NCBI GenBank assembly: GCA_028534125.1
Contig: CM052816.1
Span: 35,094,001-35,158,000 of the forward strand
Length of the DNA stretch: 64,000 nt
Reading direction: 5' to 3'
Source of the DNA: Lama glama
Taxonomy: Eukaryota
A program made the position numbers and the translations under genes. How positions within the stretch are numbered: the stretch's first letter is position 1; each line of letters starts with the position of its first letter. Positions 27,526 to 40,869 of this stretch are shown here, one piece after another. The notes beneath the pieces are model-generated. The model worked only from the letters and a program-made list of their open reading frames with translations, was not told the origin of the DNA and did not search any database.

Positions 27526-30500
27526 ACAATAGAATAATGTATTTAAAGCAACGCATATGACTTTCTCAATTTCAGAGATTGTCTTTCATGCACTTATCAG
27601 CTTTAACTGAAATACAATGGGTTATACATTCTGTTTCAAGTTTCAAATTCTAGTCCTAAAAGATTTCTGACTTATGGTTTATATACTCTGTTTTCAGCAT
27701 TAAGATTGCTAAGTAATTCAATTATAGATTGTTCTTCATTAACTGAATTTACTGGACTGTAATCTAAGTTAATGCCTTACATTTTGTACAATCACAATTC
27801 TGGGGTCAAAAACAAAATAAAACTTTTAAGTCATAATTAAGTAAAATGACTAAATAGCTAGCAGAATTATGAATCAATTTTGTAAAACCTGTATATAATC
27901 TATAACCTAAAAAAATTACTTGGCAGTCTCCAGATCACTTATTCCTACTAGATAAAATATAACAAATATTTTATTTTCCATTAGTAACTCTACCAATTTT
28001 TTACATAATTTAAAGAAATCATTAAAAAAGAAAAATTAAGTCATTATAATAGTATTTTCCACTTTCATGAAAACACTAGGTTCTTGAAATCCTCCATCCT
28101 TGCACATGAATAGATATAATAGTAGACATGAGCAATAAAAATAGCTACAAATAAAGCCTAATGATAGCTTTAAAATGTTAAAACCCGAATCTTAGAATTA
28201 CTTTGGCTTCGCAAGTGTAGCTATTTTAAATGAAGTGAACAAAGTGGCAAATAAGCAGCTTCTCCTTTGTTCACCTATGGAGGACAACTAGCCCCGTCTG
28301 CCCAGGCTGCAGGGGACTAACTGCACTTCCTGGTGGACTCACAGGGTACAGATGGTCATTATTTATTACACCAATTAATCCCTGCCAAATCACTCTGAGA
28401 TAGCTGTACATTTCTCCCCTAAAGTCATGCTTTTAAAAAAGGGCTTTACAAGGATTTAGGGACACATATGAAATTAGATCAAGCAGATAACTCAGAGTGA
28501 TCAGGAGTATGATTTAAATGAATGCTTCACTCTGATTCATATTCGGTTCTCCAAGAAGAAAACTCACCTAATTGAAAATACTTCTAATGATACTGCAGAA
28601 TGACCTTATCCTACCCCTCTATATCTTTCCCATATTCAAAATTCAATAAAAAAGGAATTTTTCCATAAGGTTGAAGAATTAGATTTTAATACAACATTTT
28701 CACTTTAATCTTTTTTTGATAATTACTTCTGTCTTAAATACTGGACAACTCATGAAAACAGTGATACACTCTATCTCCAATAATACATCCTATTTCTAAG
28801 TAAGAGCCAATGTAATGTAAGTCCAACTGAGAATTGGACCACAAATAGTGGAAATGTAAGCTTTAAACCATCATATGGTCAAATGGATAGGAGTAATCAT
28901 CCAGTATAATAGTTTTTTTTTTAAACAAAAGCACAGACTTTTAAAAAAAAAAATCTCAGTACAAAGATTTAACACCTGAAGCAGATAAAATTTCTGAACA
29001 TACTGACAACATGACATTTCAGAGCTTTTATTTTGAAGCCATAAGCCCAACGTATAATCCTTAGAAGGAATAATTAACCAAATGCCACAATACAGAACAT
29101 AAAATGATTGTCAGAGTCTGTAATTTTCCACTATTCATACTGAGCAGTAATTGCTATCTCTGCTCTTCTTTTACATACAGTTTTCCAGTCACTCTGCTTC
29201 ATTACCTGCTCAGCCTGCTTAGCACATTTATTCCACTCAAAATCTCAGCCACAGCATATTTTTAGAGTCCAGGGATTATTCAGAATTTGATCAGCTTTGT
29301 CATTAGTTATCAGGGTTGCTCTGGAGTAAAAATCCTTATTGACAAGTATGCAAAGTAGTTTGTCTGTCTGGAATCTGCTTGTGGAGGTTTTAGTAATTGA
29401 ATATTTGTTTAAATGCTCTATAAATTAATGTTAAATAATCCACAAGTTCTTTCCCCCCAAATGGTTATTTAGGAAAGACTTACTTCATTATTTTATCTGC
29501 AAGTTACATAAAGAGTTTTTGTTTCTGTACGGTATACTTTCATCCTGTCTTTCTACACAGAATGTTAATGCTTATTTTTAATTCATGTCTACTCTATTTC
29601 CCTACTTACATTATAAACTTCTGTTCTATTAATTGAAGAAAGGCTGTGTAACTTCCGGTACTTTTACTAATATTTTCCAACTTACTTCCATTCACCTCTA
29701 TTTTAGAATGTCTCATTTTTCTTATCTAAAATTCTCAGAGCTAAGAGTGATACCCTCGAAAGGGAGGCATGCAGCTGGTATAGATGAAAAAATGCTGACA
29801 CAGCCCTTTCCAGGTTCTGGAAGCTGGATGACTAAAAATAACCAGCTAGGAAAATATGCAGGTTCAACTTGGCCCATCTAATTTTTGCAAGATATATCTT
29901 AGTATTCATCCATAAATACTATGTCATAAATAATTATCCCTTTTGCTAATGGGATTGAATTTAACAAATAGAATGTGAAAGGCACAAGGGTTCATTAAAA
30001 TGAGAACCAAGTATAGATTCTGCTTTAGGAGTTTATTATCTAGTGAGAACAGGAGAAACAAAAGGATTCCTCAGGACCTTTATCCCTAGAGAGCAGCAGA
30101 GATGAAACTTCTAGATTTTTCCTTCCTGAGTTAGCATCTACCCTTGCTCTTCCCCACCCTCCACACTTTGGCCATTAAGATGAGGTCTCTTTCAGGTGAG
30201 TTTGGCTCTCCCTCCGGTGGTCAAATGGAAAGGAGGAGACATTTCTGAGTTGAAGTGGGCCAGGGCCCCAGTGCTCCTAGGAACGACTGTCCACTCTGTG
30301 TGCGTGGCAGCCTCACGAGGAAGAGGTCTGTGAGGAGTGCCACCCGTCCTCTCCTCAAGGAAGACAGAGCAGGGCCATTTGGGGCCAGTGGAGTTAGTCT
30401 GAAACCTGACGCTGGCAAAAGGGGGCTGAGTGGTATTGAGGAAGATTCCATGGGATTTGTCAGGACCTTCCTCAACAGCTCCTAAAGCTAAAGAAACCAA

Positions 30501-30609
30501 ATGCTCTACGGCACTGCAGCGTGAGCCACCTGCTACGTGACGGTCAGGAGAGGAGGCTGTGGAGGCCCGCTGCCTGGGCTTTTGCTGTGGCTGTGCTGTG
30601 CAATTTCCA

Positions 30610-30770
30610 CCAACCTCCCCCTCTTTCAGCCTCAGTCTCCTGGTCTCAAGATAAAGATAAAAAACAGAGGCTACCCTATAGAGTAGTTCTAAATACTAAA
30701 TGAGATTTTTTTTATAAAGTGCTCAGCACAGTGCTTAACACACAGTAAGTGCTTACTGAACACTAACCAT
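30610..30770 (+). mobile_element. MIR SINE
   Basis: gcctcagtctcct...taaatgag...taaagtgctcagcacagtgcttaacacacagtaagtgctta. Confidence 0.8.
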
Positions 30771-30884
30771 TCTCCTTACTTGAGGCCCCTGAAACCTTTG
30801 GGGAGAGGGCAGTCCATCATCTCTCACACTCATCTACCTCAAACACACTGTCTTTCCTTGTAAGCAATGACTCTGTTCATACAT

Positions 30885-31230
30885 TCTTTCCCTCCTTCAA
30901 CAAGTGTTTACTGAGTATCTATCAAGTGACAGTTACTGTGCTGGGCATCACCTAAAGAAGGTGACAGAAGGAAATTCCCTCTTTGTGAGGCGAGGAGGAA
31001 GTGAAAATATGTTTGCAAATTACAAAAAATAAATAAATAAATAAAAGATACAGAACACAAACAATACTGAGATAGACAATAAAAGTGGAGGTAGCCATTT
31101 AGAGAGACTGGCATTTAAACTGCTACTGAAATCAGGCAAGACAAGAAAAGAATATTCCAGACAGAAGACACAGCTGGAACAAAGGCTCCAAGACATGAGA
31201 ACAGCATGGTATGTTCAAGAAACAGAGTCC
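30885..31230 (-). mobile_element. L2 3' fragment
   Basis: ttcaacaagtgtttactgagtatctat...actgtgctgggc and aagaatattccagacagaag. Confidence 0.7.
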
Positions 31231-31244
31231 ATATTGGTCCCAAG

Positions 31245-32780
31245 TTCTAGACTTGGATACATGATTATATACTTGACATCTCTTATTTGAATGTCTAACA
31301 GTATCTCAAACTAACCCTGTTCTTATTAGAACTCTCTTTTCCCACCTCCATCTGTATTAACTACTATCCAATTTCTCCAACCAAAAATCTTAGAGAGTCA
31401 TTCTTGAGTCTCTTCTCTACTTCATCCCCCATATACAATCCATGAGGAAATGTTGCATCTACTTCCGGAAGATCATCTAACACATTCACTTTCTGTCCCT
31501 CTCTAATCCCACCACTCAAGACCAAGTAAACATTATTTCTCCCCTAGACCACTCCAACAGTCTTTCAGCCTTATTCCCCACTTCCATTCTCACCTCACAA
31601 GTATTCTGAATGCATGAGAATATGTAAATGTAAATGTAATTGAGAACTTATTCTTTTTATGAAATCCTCCAACAGTGTCCCACTGGTCTTAAAATAAAAA
31701 CTCTTTCCCATAACACATTAGGACACGATCTGGTTCCTACAGATTTCTACACTTATCTCATTCCACTCCCTCCTGTGAGGGCCTCTTTTCATTATTTATA
31801 TAAAGTCTGTGGTTATTGTTGATCTTGAACTCTGTACATTTGTACTACAAAGTCACTCTGCCTAGAACTTATTTATCTCTGTAAATCACAGGTAACCCAT
31901 TTTCATACTCCAGGACTTTGAGTCAAACTGTACATCCTCAGAGAAATCTTATCTGACCATCTGATCCAAAATGGACTTCAAGTAGTAGTACAGTATCTGT
32001 ATATTATGTCATTAACATTTGTGGGGCCCAATATCACATACCTAAATATGTAGAAGTTACACACTGAGTTAACAAACTGTTACATAAAATATGTTATTAC
32101 ATTCCTTTGACAAATGTACCCTCTGAACAATCTGCAAAGTCAAATACTTCTCAAGAGCTCTGCACTAGAACATGGTAAAAGAAACTGGCCAATAAAAAAA
32201 GGTTACTTTAAGAAGAAAACATTCTGATGCTATAAGAGAACTTTAATCCAGGCCTCATTCCCTAAGAATAGTGCTTCTCTTTCCACTTGTGATTCCATTG
32301 CATTCCTCAAGGAGCCCAGCATGTATACACCTAGAGACACCCCATCCCGCACATCTGTATGTGCCAAGAACAGTCACCTGTTAGTCACCTTTAGAGGGTC
32401 TACCCTTGAAAGCGTGGATCTGGACAGGCCATGGAGGTGGGCCCAGGGTTGCTGGGGCAGGAAGTCTTAAGTCCTCGAGACCCTGAAGGAGAATCCACAA
32501 ACTATATGTGGACATACATTCCTCAACTGTGGGCAGGGTACAACTGTGGGCAGCCAAAGCGGAGTCACAGCAGGAGCTGTAGGGAACACCTTCTCAATCT
32601 AAGGACATCACCACTTCACTTGTTTCCTCTTCAGCAACATCGAACTATAATTATCTTTTAACTTATTTGTTTACTTTTCTGTTTCTCCTCCCTCTATAAA
32701 GTAGGCTGCACACTTAAGGAGCTTTGTCTTGTAACGTCTGACACATACATATTCAATATTTCATAAATGTTTGTTGAATT
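31245..32780 (+). mobile_element. L2 3' region interrupted by ~600 bp of unassigned sequence (about 32010-32630)
   Basis: cttgacatctcttatttgaatgtctaacagtatctcaaact, agtcattcttgagtctcttctct; 3' end at ~32650-32780 (aaatgtttgttgaat). Confidence 0.65.
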
Positions 32781-34377
32781 ATAGTTCTTACAGTGATAAC
32801 AGGAAAACAGAGCAACTTTTAGAAAAAATGTTTTATGAGGTCATGTTTCACAAATACCTAACAAATCTAAGGAAACTAAGCATTTGCATTTCAACTAATC
32901 TTATTCGTATAAGACTTAACAGTCTAGTAAGAGTTATCTACTTTGTAAGATGGGACATATATTACCCCAAAGACTTAGTAATTCTATAAAGTATTAAGAT
33001 ACATACTGAGAATCTTTCATTATAAACTAAAGGCTATTAGGTAGGAAAATGGCCAATAGAGACTACTTTTAGAAGACAATATATTCTATATTCAGCATAT
33101 GCAAAATATTCAAACATGCTTCTAGCAAATCAGAAAGCAGCAAACTGTCAGAACAGTAAAAATGAAAGGCAATTTTTGCTTGGGAGTCAAAATTTCATTA
33201 AGTTACTTAATAATTATTCAAATATACCACTATGATATTCATTTTGTATCAGATTTTATCTCTTCAGAGGAACTTTATCTGACTATAAATTTCTTGGTTT
33301 CAAGATTAAAAGAAAGATCCAAGAAGATTCCACAGCAGAGAATCCAGTATTATGGCATCTGGTATTACTCTTATTTAGGCCAAAGAAAACTTAAAAAGGC
33401 TTATAGTCAAAACTTAAATTTTACTCTTCTCCTGCATACCAACTAAGTATCTAAGTTTGTTACTTAAAATAGTAATAAGACAGCACTGAGTAGAGAAAAA
33501 AGTCATTTGTTTCTTTGAATCTGATCATGAGGTGGGCGTGAAATATTTTGGCATTTGTGACAATAGATGTGTTAAAGGAGCTACACTAGTATCATTTTAC
33601 TTAATATATGAAGCAAAAACACTGAAAATAACTTGAATTTTAAGGAGAATAAAGGTAGAACAGTTCCTTAACTCCTGGTTACAGGTATACTAGTAACCTG
33701 ATGGTCTTTATGCTTTTAGGGTAATAAAAATACCACTTGATTCAGAATATTTCTACAATTGTAGCAGAGACAAGTGACATGATCAAATTTATACTGTATT
33801 TTATATGACTATAAGGTAATATTACTGTTTTTAAAGCACAATTTCAAAGTAACTTATTCCACAAATACCTCTCTTGCTCAAAACAACTTTGGGAATCCAT
33901 TTTAAAAACTGCCCTCAGAGCTTAAGGATATTTCCAATGTTAGCAGATTATCAACGTCTGCAAGTAGATTTAATTTTATAAAGTCAGTCATTAAGAGTCA
34001 AATCTGGTAGATGTGGCAGGTGGTCAAACTTGGTGAAAAACAATTTGACAGCAAAGTAATAAGACCCATTTTATGCTGGTTGAAAAGTTACCATGAGGTC
34101 AATCCCAAAAGAAAGAAATTTTTAAATATTTTTAGGAAAGCGCAGCACTGATAGAATTTTTCTTCTCCAAGATTATCTTGATGATAATAAGCTTCTATCA
34201 TTATCATCAGTATTTTTCTAGTCTTTAGAACTTTACAGAAGTAGACGTATCAAAGGTTAAGTTTGGGAAGGAAAGAGTTGTTGCAGCCTTGTGACTTACT
34301 TCTTTCCTAGCACTGCTGGGCAGGAGGCCAGAAGGAATGAATGACCTCCACCAGTCCTCCTTGTAAAGTTATGAACA

Positions 34378-34560
34378 GGGTGGTTTTTCAAACTTTAGCC
34401 TGCATCAGAATCATCTGGAGGAACTTGCAAGATTGATGGGTCACACCCCATGAGTTTCTGACTCAGTAGGTCTGGCATAGGGCCCAAGAATTTGTATTTC
34501 TGCTAAATCCTCAGGTGATATGGATGCCGCTGGTCTGCGGATCACACTTTGACAACACTA
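34378..34560 (-). mobile_element. MER5A hAT-Charlie MITE
   Basis: gtggtttttcaaactttagcctgcatcagaatcatctggagg...gtttctgactcagtaggtctgg...cacactttgacaacact; terminal inverted repeats recognisable. Confidence 0.9.
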
Positions 34561-35204
34561 ATACTCTGGTGTATACTAGGAAAAAATAACCAGGGAGGAC
34601 TTATCTATAAAGCTTAGCAAGATATACCTGGTCTTCCACATTGCTTATCGTACATAAACCTGTAATTTGAGGATTTATGAGGGCATGGCTAGCTAGAGAA
34701 TAGTAGGTAGTTACATAAGAGTTTCTTTCCTATAAAATTAATGGACCAAAAGACTAGCAATTCAAAAAGAATAATTAATTTAAAAGCTAAACTTATCCAC
34801 ATATGGAGAAAGGGACTCTATTTGAAGCTGTATATCATGGACTCAAGTCCCTCAGGAAAGAAGTACTACATCTGTGCCCGATGTCTGCTTTATCTTTTGA
34901 ATTACTGTAATACTTGGGTGTTGCATAATCGCTGTGATTTGCATGAATCAGCTTTGACATTTCAACCTTCTGACTTAAGACAAGTGGCTTCTCAGACATG
35001 GTTTAATAATGATATTACCCAACTAGCAATCAAGCTTTCATATTCTGGTTTTGCATTTTTTCCTCATTGTTTATCCACCAAAGGGCTAGCAAAAGATAGC
35101 TCAGAAAACATGGGGGAAATGCAACTCTGCAACTTGAGTCCTCTCTAGAAGTTCCTATTTTGCTTAGAGAGCATAGTGAATCCTTTAAAATGCGGTGGCA
35201 AATA

Positions 35205-35460
35205 TTTAGAATAGCTATGACATTTTGAAAGAGTACCCTACGCCAGACACTATAATACTTACATGTATATGATTTATATGATTATATATATATATGTACG
35301 AATCCATTTACATTTGTACAAGCCTACTAGGCAATCATAAATTCAGTTTATAGATGAGGAAACTAAAGTTTAGACTGATAAATTTATCCACTCCACACAC
35401 CTGCACCATCAGGGATCAAGTATTTGATACTAAAGTCTGTATTCTTCACTGCCAAACTAT
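35205..35460 (-). mobile_element. MIR SINE with internal TA-rich expansion
   Basis: tttatagatgaggaaactaaagtttaga core motif. Confidence 0.7.
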
Positions 35461-35717
35461 ATTGAAAACTGTGAAAAGGTGAATGAAAATGGAAAAAAGG
35501 GGTATAAAAACCTTGGCTATCTAGATTTCTCTATATGTATAATCCCAATGATAAGGTATTATTTTAACTCTACAATGACATATTAAATTGTTTATCAGCC
35601 CTAAATCTTTATATGATCAATATGAAAACAAGTATGTTTCTAAATGGGCAGGATAAAGCAAAAGTATTAGCTAATGATTCTTACTAATGCTTTCTAGTCA
35701 GTATAACTAATTGCATA

Positions 35718-36765
35718 AGACACCAAAAACAAAGGAAACAAAAGCAAAACAAAAACAAGTGAGACTACATCAAACTAAAAAGCTTCTGCACAGCAAAAGA
35801 AAAAAGGCAACCGATGGAATGGAAAAAATATTTACAGGCCATGTATCTAATAAGGGCGTTAATATCCAAAATATATAAAGAATTCTGACAACTCTATAAC
35901 AAAGCCAAACAATTCAATTTTTAAAAAATTGGCAGAGGAACTAAGTAGACATTTTCCCAAAGATGACATCCATATAGCCAACAGGTACATGAAGCAACTA
36001 CTCAACATTATTAGTCAAAATGCAAATCAAAACACAACGAGCTATCCCTTCATACCAGTCAGAATGACTATCATAAAGAAGACAAAAGATAACAAGTGTT
36101 GGCAAGGATGTGGAAATAAGAGAACCCTTGTACCCTGTTAGCAGAAATGTAAATTGATTTCCCCACTATGGAAAACAGTATGGAGATTTCTTAAAAAATT
36201 AAAAATAGAAAACCTTATGATACAGCAATCCTACTTCTGGGTTTATATATTTGAAGCAATCAAATTACTATCTTGAGAAGATACACGCACCCCTATGCTG
36301 ATAGTAGCATTATTTACAACAGCCAATACACGAAAACAATCTAAGCGTCCACCAACAGATGAATGGATAAAGTTTTGATTATATATATATATACACACAA
36401 TGGAGTTATTATTCAGCCATGAGAAAGAAGGGAATCTGGCCATTTGCCAACAAAATGAATGGACTCTGAGTGCATTATACTAAGTGAGACAAGTCAAATA
36501 CTGTATGGTATCACTTATATATGAACTCTAAAAAAAGCCTACAGCCTATAGTCAACAATACTGTATTATATAAGCTCCAAAGTTCCTAAGAGACTAGATC
36601 TTAATTGTTTCCACCATAAAAAGGAAGTGATAATTATGTAAGGGGATAGGCATCTAATGCTACAGTCGTAATTATGCTACAATATACAAATTTATCAGAT
36701 CAACACATTGTATACCTTAAAATTGTCTAATATCTTAAAAATGTCTATTACATTTCAAAAAAATT
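35718..36765 (+). mobile_element. L1 (L1MA-like) ORF2 end and 3' UTR
   Basis: gactacatcaaactaaaaagcttctgcacagcaaaag; ORF 35929-36141 is an L1 ORF2 C-terminal remnant; 3' caacaatactgtatt...ctagatcttaattgtttccacc. Confidence 0.92.
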
Positions 36766-37446
36766 CCATCCATTGCAAAAAAAAGGATGTTTTTTAACTT
36801 TAAACAAGTAAAATGACCATAATAAAGTTAAGGACAGTGACATAATATATACTCTCCAAAATTAATCAACAGCATAAAAACTAAATGAATTTTATTTGTA
36901 TTTGGACCAAGCTAAAAGAATTAAAATGTGTATCTTAAGCAGATTAAGTTTTATCTTTTCATGTGAATTTTATTATTTCAGACAAAAGATCCAAAAATAA
37001 TGAAATGTCTGAATATGTAATACTTATTTATGAAGCATGAAAATCTTACTATGCCCTTTGTGTGTGATCTCAGCAATCATGAACAGAGAACGTACCTAAC
37101 ATTTTGCTTCAAAACAGAACAATTCTCTTATCAATTAGCTTTATATCTAGAATTTCATGAAAATAAAATACCTTAAATTCTGTGTTTCCTGTAGTAGTTT
37201 CTGACCTGCAAAATGCAGAACATCTTTTTGACAAATTTCGTTTTAGTCTAGAAAATCCACAAATTTAGGAAAATTTTTCTTTCCATGTCCCCTATAGGTC
37301 CTGCTATTTTCTCAAGCACAAACATTTAAGAGCTTCATAAAAAAGTAGTCTCATTTCACTGAAAGACATGTAATGCAAAAATTCTTAAGATACCTATGAA
37401 AGAGAAACGAGAAATGCAAGAAGGAAACAGCTTGTTTATTACGGGG

Positions 37447-37813
37447 GTATATGAATCTGCTCCAGCTGCCATAACAAAATACCACAGACTGGGCAACTTC
37501 AAACAACTGAAATTTATTTTCTCATAGTTTTGGAGGCTGGGAAGTTCAAGAGGAAGGTACTAGCCAATGTCGTTCCTGGAGAGAACTCTCCCTGTGTCCT
37601 CTCATGGCTTTTTCTAGGTATACACATGCATGCGTGTGGAAAGAGATCTCTCTTCGTTCCTTTGTGGGACCCCCAAATCCTATTCTTATGACCTCATTTA
37701 ATCTTAAATTATCTCCTAAAAGCCCTACCTCCAAATATAGTCACATTGTGAGGTAGTTTCAATGTATCAATGGTGGGGGTGATGAAGGGGAAGAGTCAAT
37801 TCAGTCCATAGCA
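37447..37813 (-). mobile_element. MaLR solo LTR, MLT1A-like
   Basis: gctgccataacaaaataccacagactggg...aaatttattttctcatagttttggaggctgggaag...attcagtccatagca. Confidence 0.88.
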
Positions 37814-39309
37814 AATGGGGAAAATCTAGAATAATCTTGAGGGAAATATATCCAATTTCCAAATAAGGAATAGTGAGGTTCTAAGTATTGACTAAATACA
37901 CCAACATATATTCAAAATTTTACTACTGTTTTGTAACAAGAGCTTTCTGTCTTAAAACACATGACCTAAAATTAGGTCATTTATTTATATTCATAATCAC
38001 TCTTAGGAGCTTATGAAATCATACATACATAAGATTCATGACCCATGTAACTGTCAATCATAAGAGCAACTTTTCCCTGTAACTAGATTGAGTCTGACAT
38101 TATTTCTGGAGACACAAATATCATACTTTCAAATTAACATCTACAGAGACACTTAAAGTGTTCTTTAAAAATTAACAGCTAAAAAGATTACTTTAAAAAC
38201 AAAGATAAAACCAAAGTCAGAAAATGCATTCCAGACTCCATCATTTCTAATAGGTAATTCCACTCCACATGTTCAGCAATGGGAGAAATCAGTGAGTTAG
38301 GCATGCGAAGGCAGTATTTAATTCTAGTGTCCTTTACTTTTGTTATTTTAAGTCTGTCAAGTAAGACATGGATAGTTTTTATTTTTCTTCATTTTTCATC
38401 ATATTCTCCTAGACTTTTCCAGCATTTACCTTTATTTTTTCCCTTTCCATCTTGGGCAAAAGCTAAAGGAAGGAAATAAATGCTTCCTAATTTAAAGGAA
38501 ATTGTAGTTAGCATTTATTTTCATCCACACGTCTACATTCATTTAATGTTCCATCAAGACAAAAACCTATCTCTCTGAACAAATCTCTCCAGTATTGAGC
38601 TCCATACATACTGCTGCTGTAGTACCATCACAATAACACCACACAGGTCTCAGAGAAGGCAACCTTTGGAAAGACTTTCTGGAATGCATATTACACAAAG
38701 AAAAGTTATTGCTTTAAAAATAAAATCTTTTACTTTGAAACAAATGAACTAAAAAAAGAAGGGGGGAAGAGTTGTAAGTACCTTCTGAAAAGGACTAAAC
38801 TAGCAATGGGATTTCAAATTGAGCCTCAAAATAAGTAAATGCCATTTCCATTGGCAGATGTCAAACTTGCCAGTTAACAGAAGGCAATGTCGCTACCCAT
38901 GCTATGAAAAGCCAACTAAATAAGCAATTCCCCAATTCTCCGCAACCATCCTCTCTGTAATTAATCACGAACCCAGCTGTGTTGTACTGACCTATGCAAA
39001 CATTATCTTTGGCGTCATCACTATCTCTACTAACCTAATTTGCTAAGCATTTGAAGCCAGCCTCTCATGTGGTGGGCACATAATGGCCCATGGCTTCTAC
39101 ATTCTCAGCATCGCAGACATTTTCACAATAATAAACGGTTATATTAGCATTATGAACCAAGTATCAAGAGCACAAACAAGAAAATGATTAATTTCTTTTG
39201 TATTTCTGTATATCCATCTCTCTCATTTTTTTTCAAAAATAAATTCATTTTATTTGTGCCAAAACCCGTATGTTCAAAACTCCAAGACACCATAAAAAGT
39301 CAAGTAAAG

Positions 39310-39720
39310 AGAATAATGTGAATCTTAATAACAGCTTGAGGTAGAAAATGAGAATGGTCAGGTGTTTAAGATTTATCATCAGCAGAACTACCTGAGCAGA
39401 TGGATTTGGGAGGTAAGGGAAGGTATCCCCAAATCTAGTCTGCATAACTGCACAGATAATGCCATGGATCACGGATCAAGACTGCACTCTTGAAGAAGCA
39501 AAAAGCAGAGGCAGAAGATAGTCTCTTAAAAAAAAGCAGTCAGAACTGTCAAGAAGTAGCAGAGATTTCAAACAGGCTGAAGGCTGAGAAGAGGTCACTG
39601 AAGCTAGTAATGAGAAGTCATCTCAGACACTTGAGGGTTCAATTTCAGCAAGGTCGTCAGGGTAGAAGCCTTTTTTCAGTGGGTTTCAAATGAGTTAATG
39701 AGAAAAATGGACACAGTAAG
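39310..39720 (-). mobile_element. Degraded L2 fragment
   Basis: tcaaacaggctgaaggctgagaagaggtcactgaagctagtaatgagaagtcatc, a reverse L2 motif. Confidence 0.55.
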
Positions 39721-39943
39721 ATGGGTTACTCTCATAATTTAGTTTATAAGAAAGGAAAGGCATGCGTTGTTTTAAGACTAAAAAGGAAGTTGAGTTGAAT
39801 GGCTTTGGCCATTATTGCTTAAGATAAGGATGGAGTGGCTGAGGAAAAGACTGCAAGAGAGCAAGAAAAGTATTTTTCAAAAGGAGAAAACTGATCTATC
39901 AAAGGCACAAGGGAAGTGTGAAGAGACGGCACAAAGCTGATGA

Positions 39944-40334
39944 GTATCTTGGTTTGGGCTGCTATAACAATATACCATATACTAAGTGGTTTAAACAAAA
40001 GATATTTATTTCTTACAGTTCTGGAGGCTGGGAAGCTCACCATCAAGGCGCCAATGGGTATAATGTCTGGTGCCGGGAGAGAAAACTCCTGGTTTGTAGA
40101 CAAACACCTTCCCGCTGTATCCTCACACAGCAAAAAAAACAAAGCCGCTGGCTCGTTCTCTTTTTATAAGGACGCTTATTCCTCGTGGAGGCTCCACCCT
40201 CATGGCGGCTCCACCCTCATGACTTCACCTGAACCTAATTGCCTCTCAAAGACCCCATCTCTTAATATCAACCCACTAGGTGTGAGAGTTTTAACATATG
40301 AGCTGGGAGGGACACAAACATGCAGTCCATATCA
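39944..40334 (-). mobile_element. MaLR solo LTR, MLT1A-like
   Basis: gggctgctataacaatataccata...tttatttcttacagttctggaggctgggaag...gggacacaaacatgcagtccatatca. Confidence 0.9.
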
Positions 40335-40869
40335 CTTTTTTAACCGGAGAAAAATGAAAAATCAAATAACCAGGTTACGTGAATGGATAAGAGTTGGGAT
40401 AACAGAGAAGGACGAAGGTGAGGACAGGTGAAAGCAATTGTTTGCAGAGTGCATGGGAGTTTCTTCTCAGGTTCTCACTAAAAGAAGAAAGTAAGATCAC
40501 CTGCTAAAATTCAAGGAACGAAACAGCTTACGAGCTTGAGAAAAATACAGTTTGGAAATAGCTGTGGGAAGTGGGGAAAAGAACTGACATGAGAACTATT
40601 ATTATCAGCAACGTGGTAAATGTCTGTAATGACAGTTGTAGTCAGGGAGGAGAAGTACCATTTTGTCATTTAAGTAGACAAGAAGACACTATTTTAAAAA
40701 TCAATTTCATGTATTAATAAACTCAGTGATGTAATTTTAAAGGGGGGGCACGCTTTATTTCCCCCATGAGCACAGGATTATCATCTTAATGATAGTTAAG
40801 TAGTTTCTACCTTACATAGTTGTTAAAAGTAAAGCACCCACCAAATAAATATATATGGAGCACAAATAA

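Noticed and set aside
34179..34209. TGATGA-containing hairpin as a C/D snoRNA or miRNA
   Set aside because: Only a 10-bp AT-rich stem; no properly placed C and D boxes.
39940..40431. 163-aa ORF as a novel gene
   Set aside because: Lies almost entirely antisense within an MLT1 LTR; no recognisable domain.
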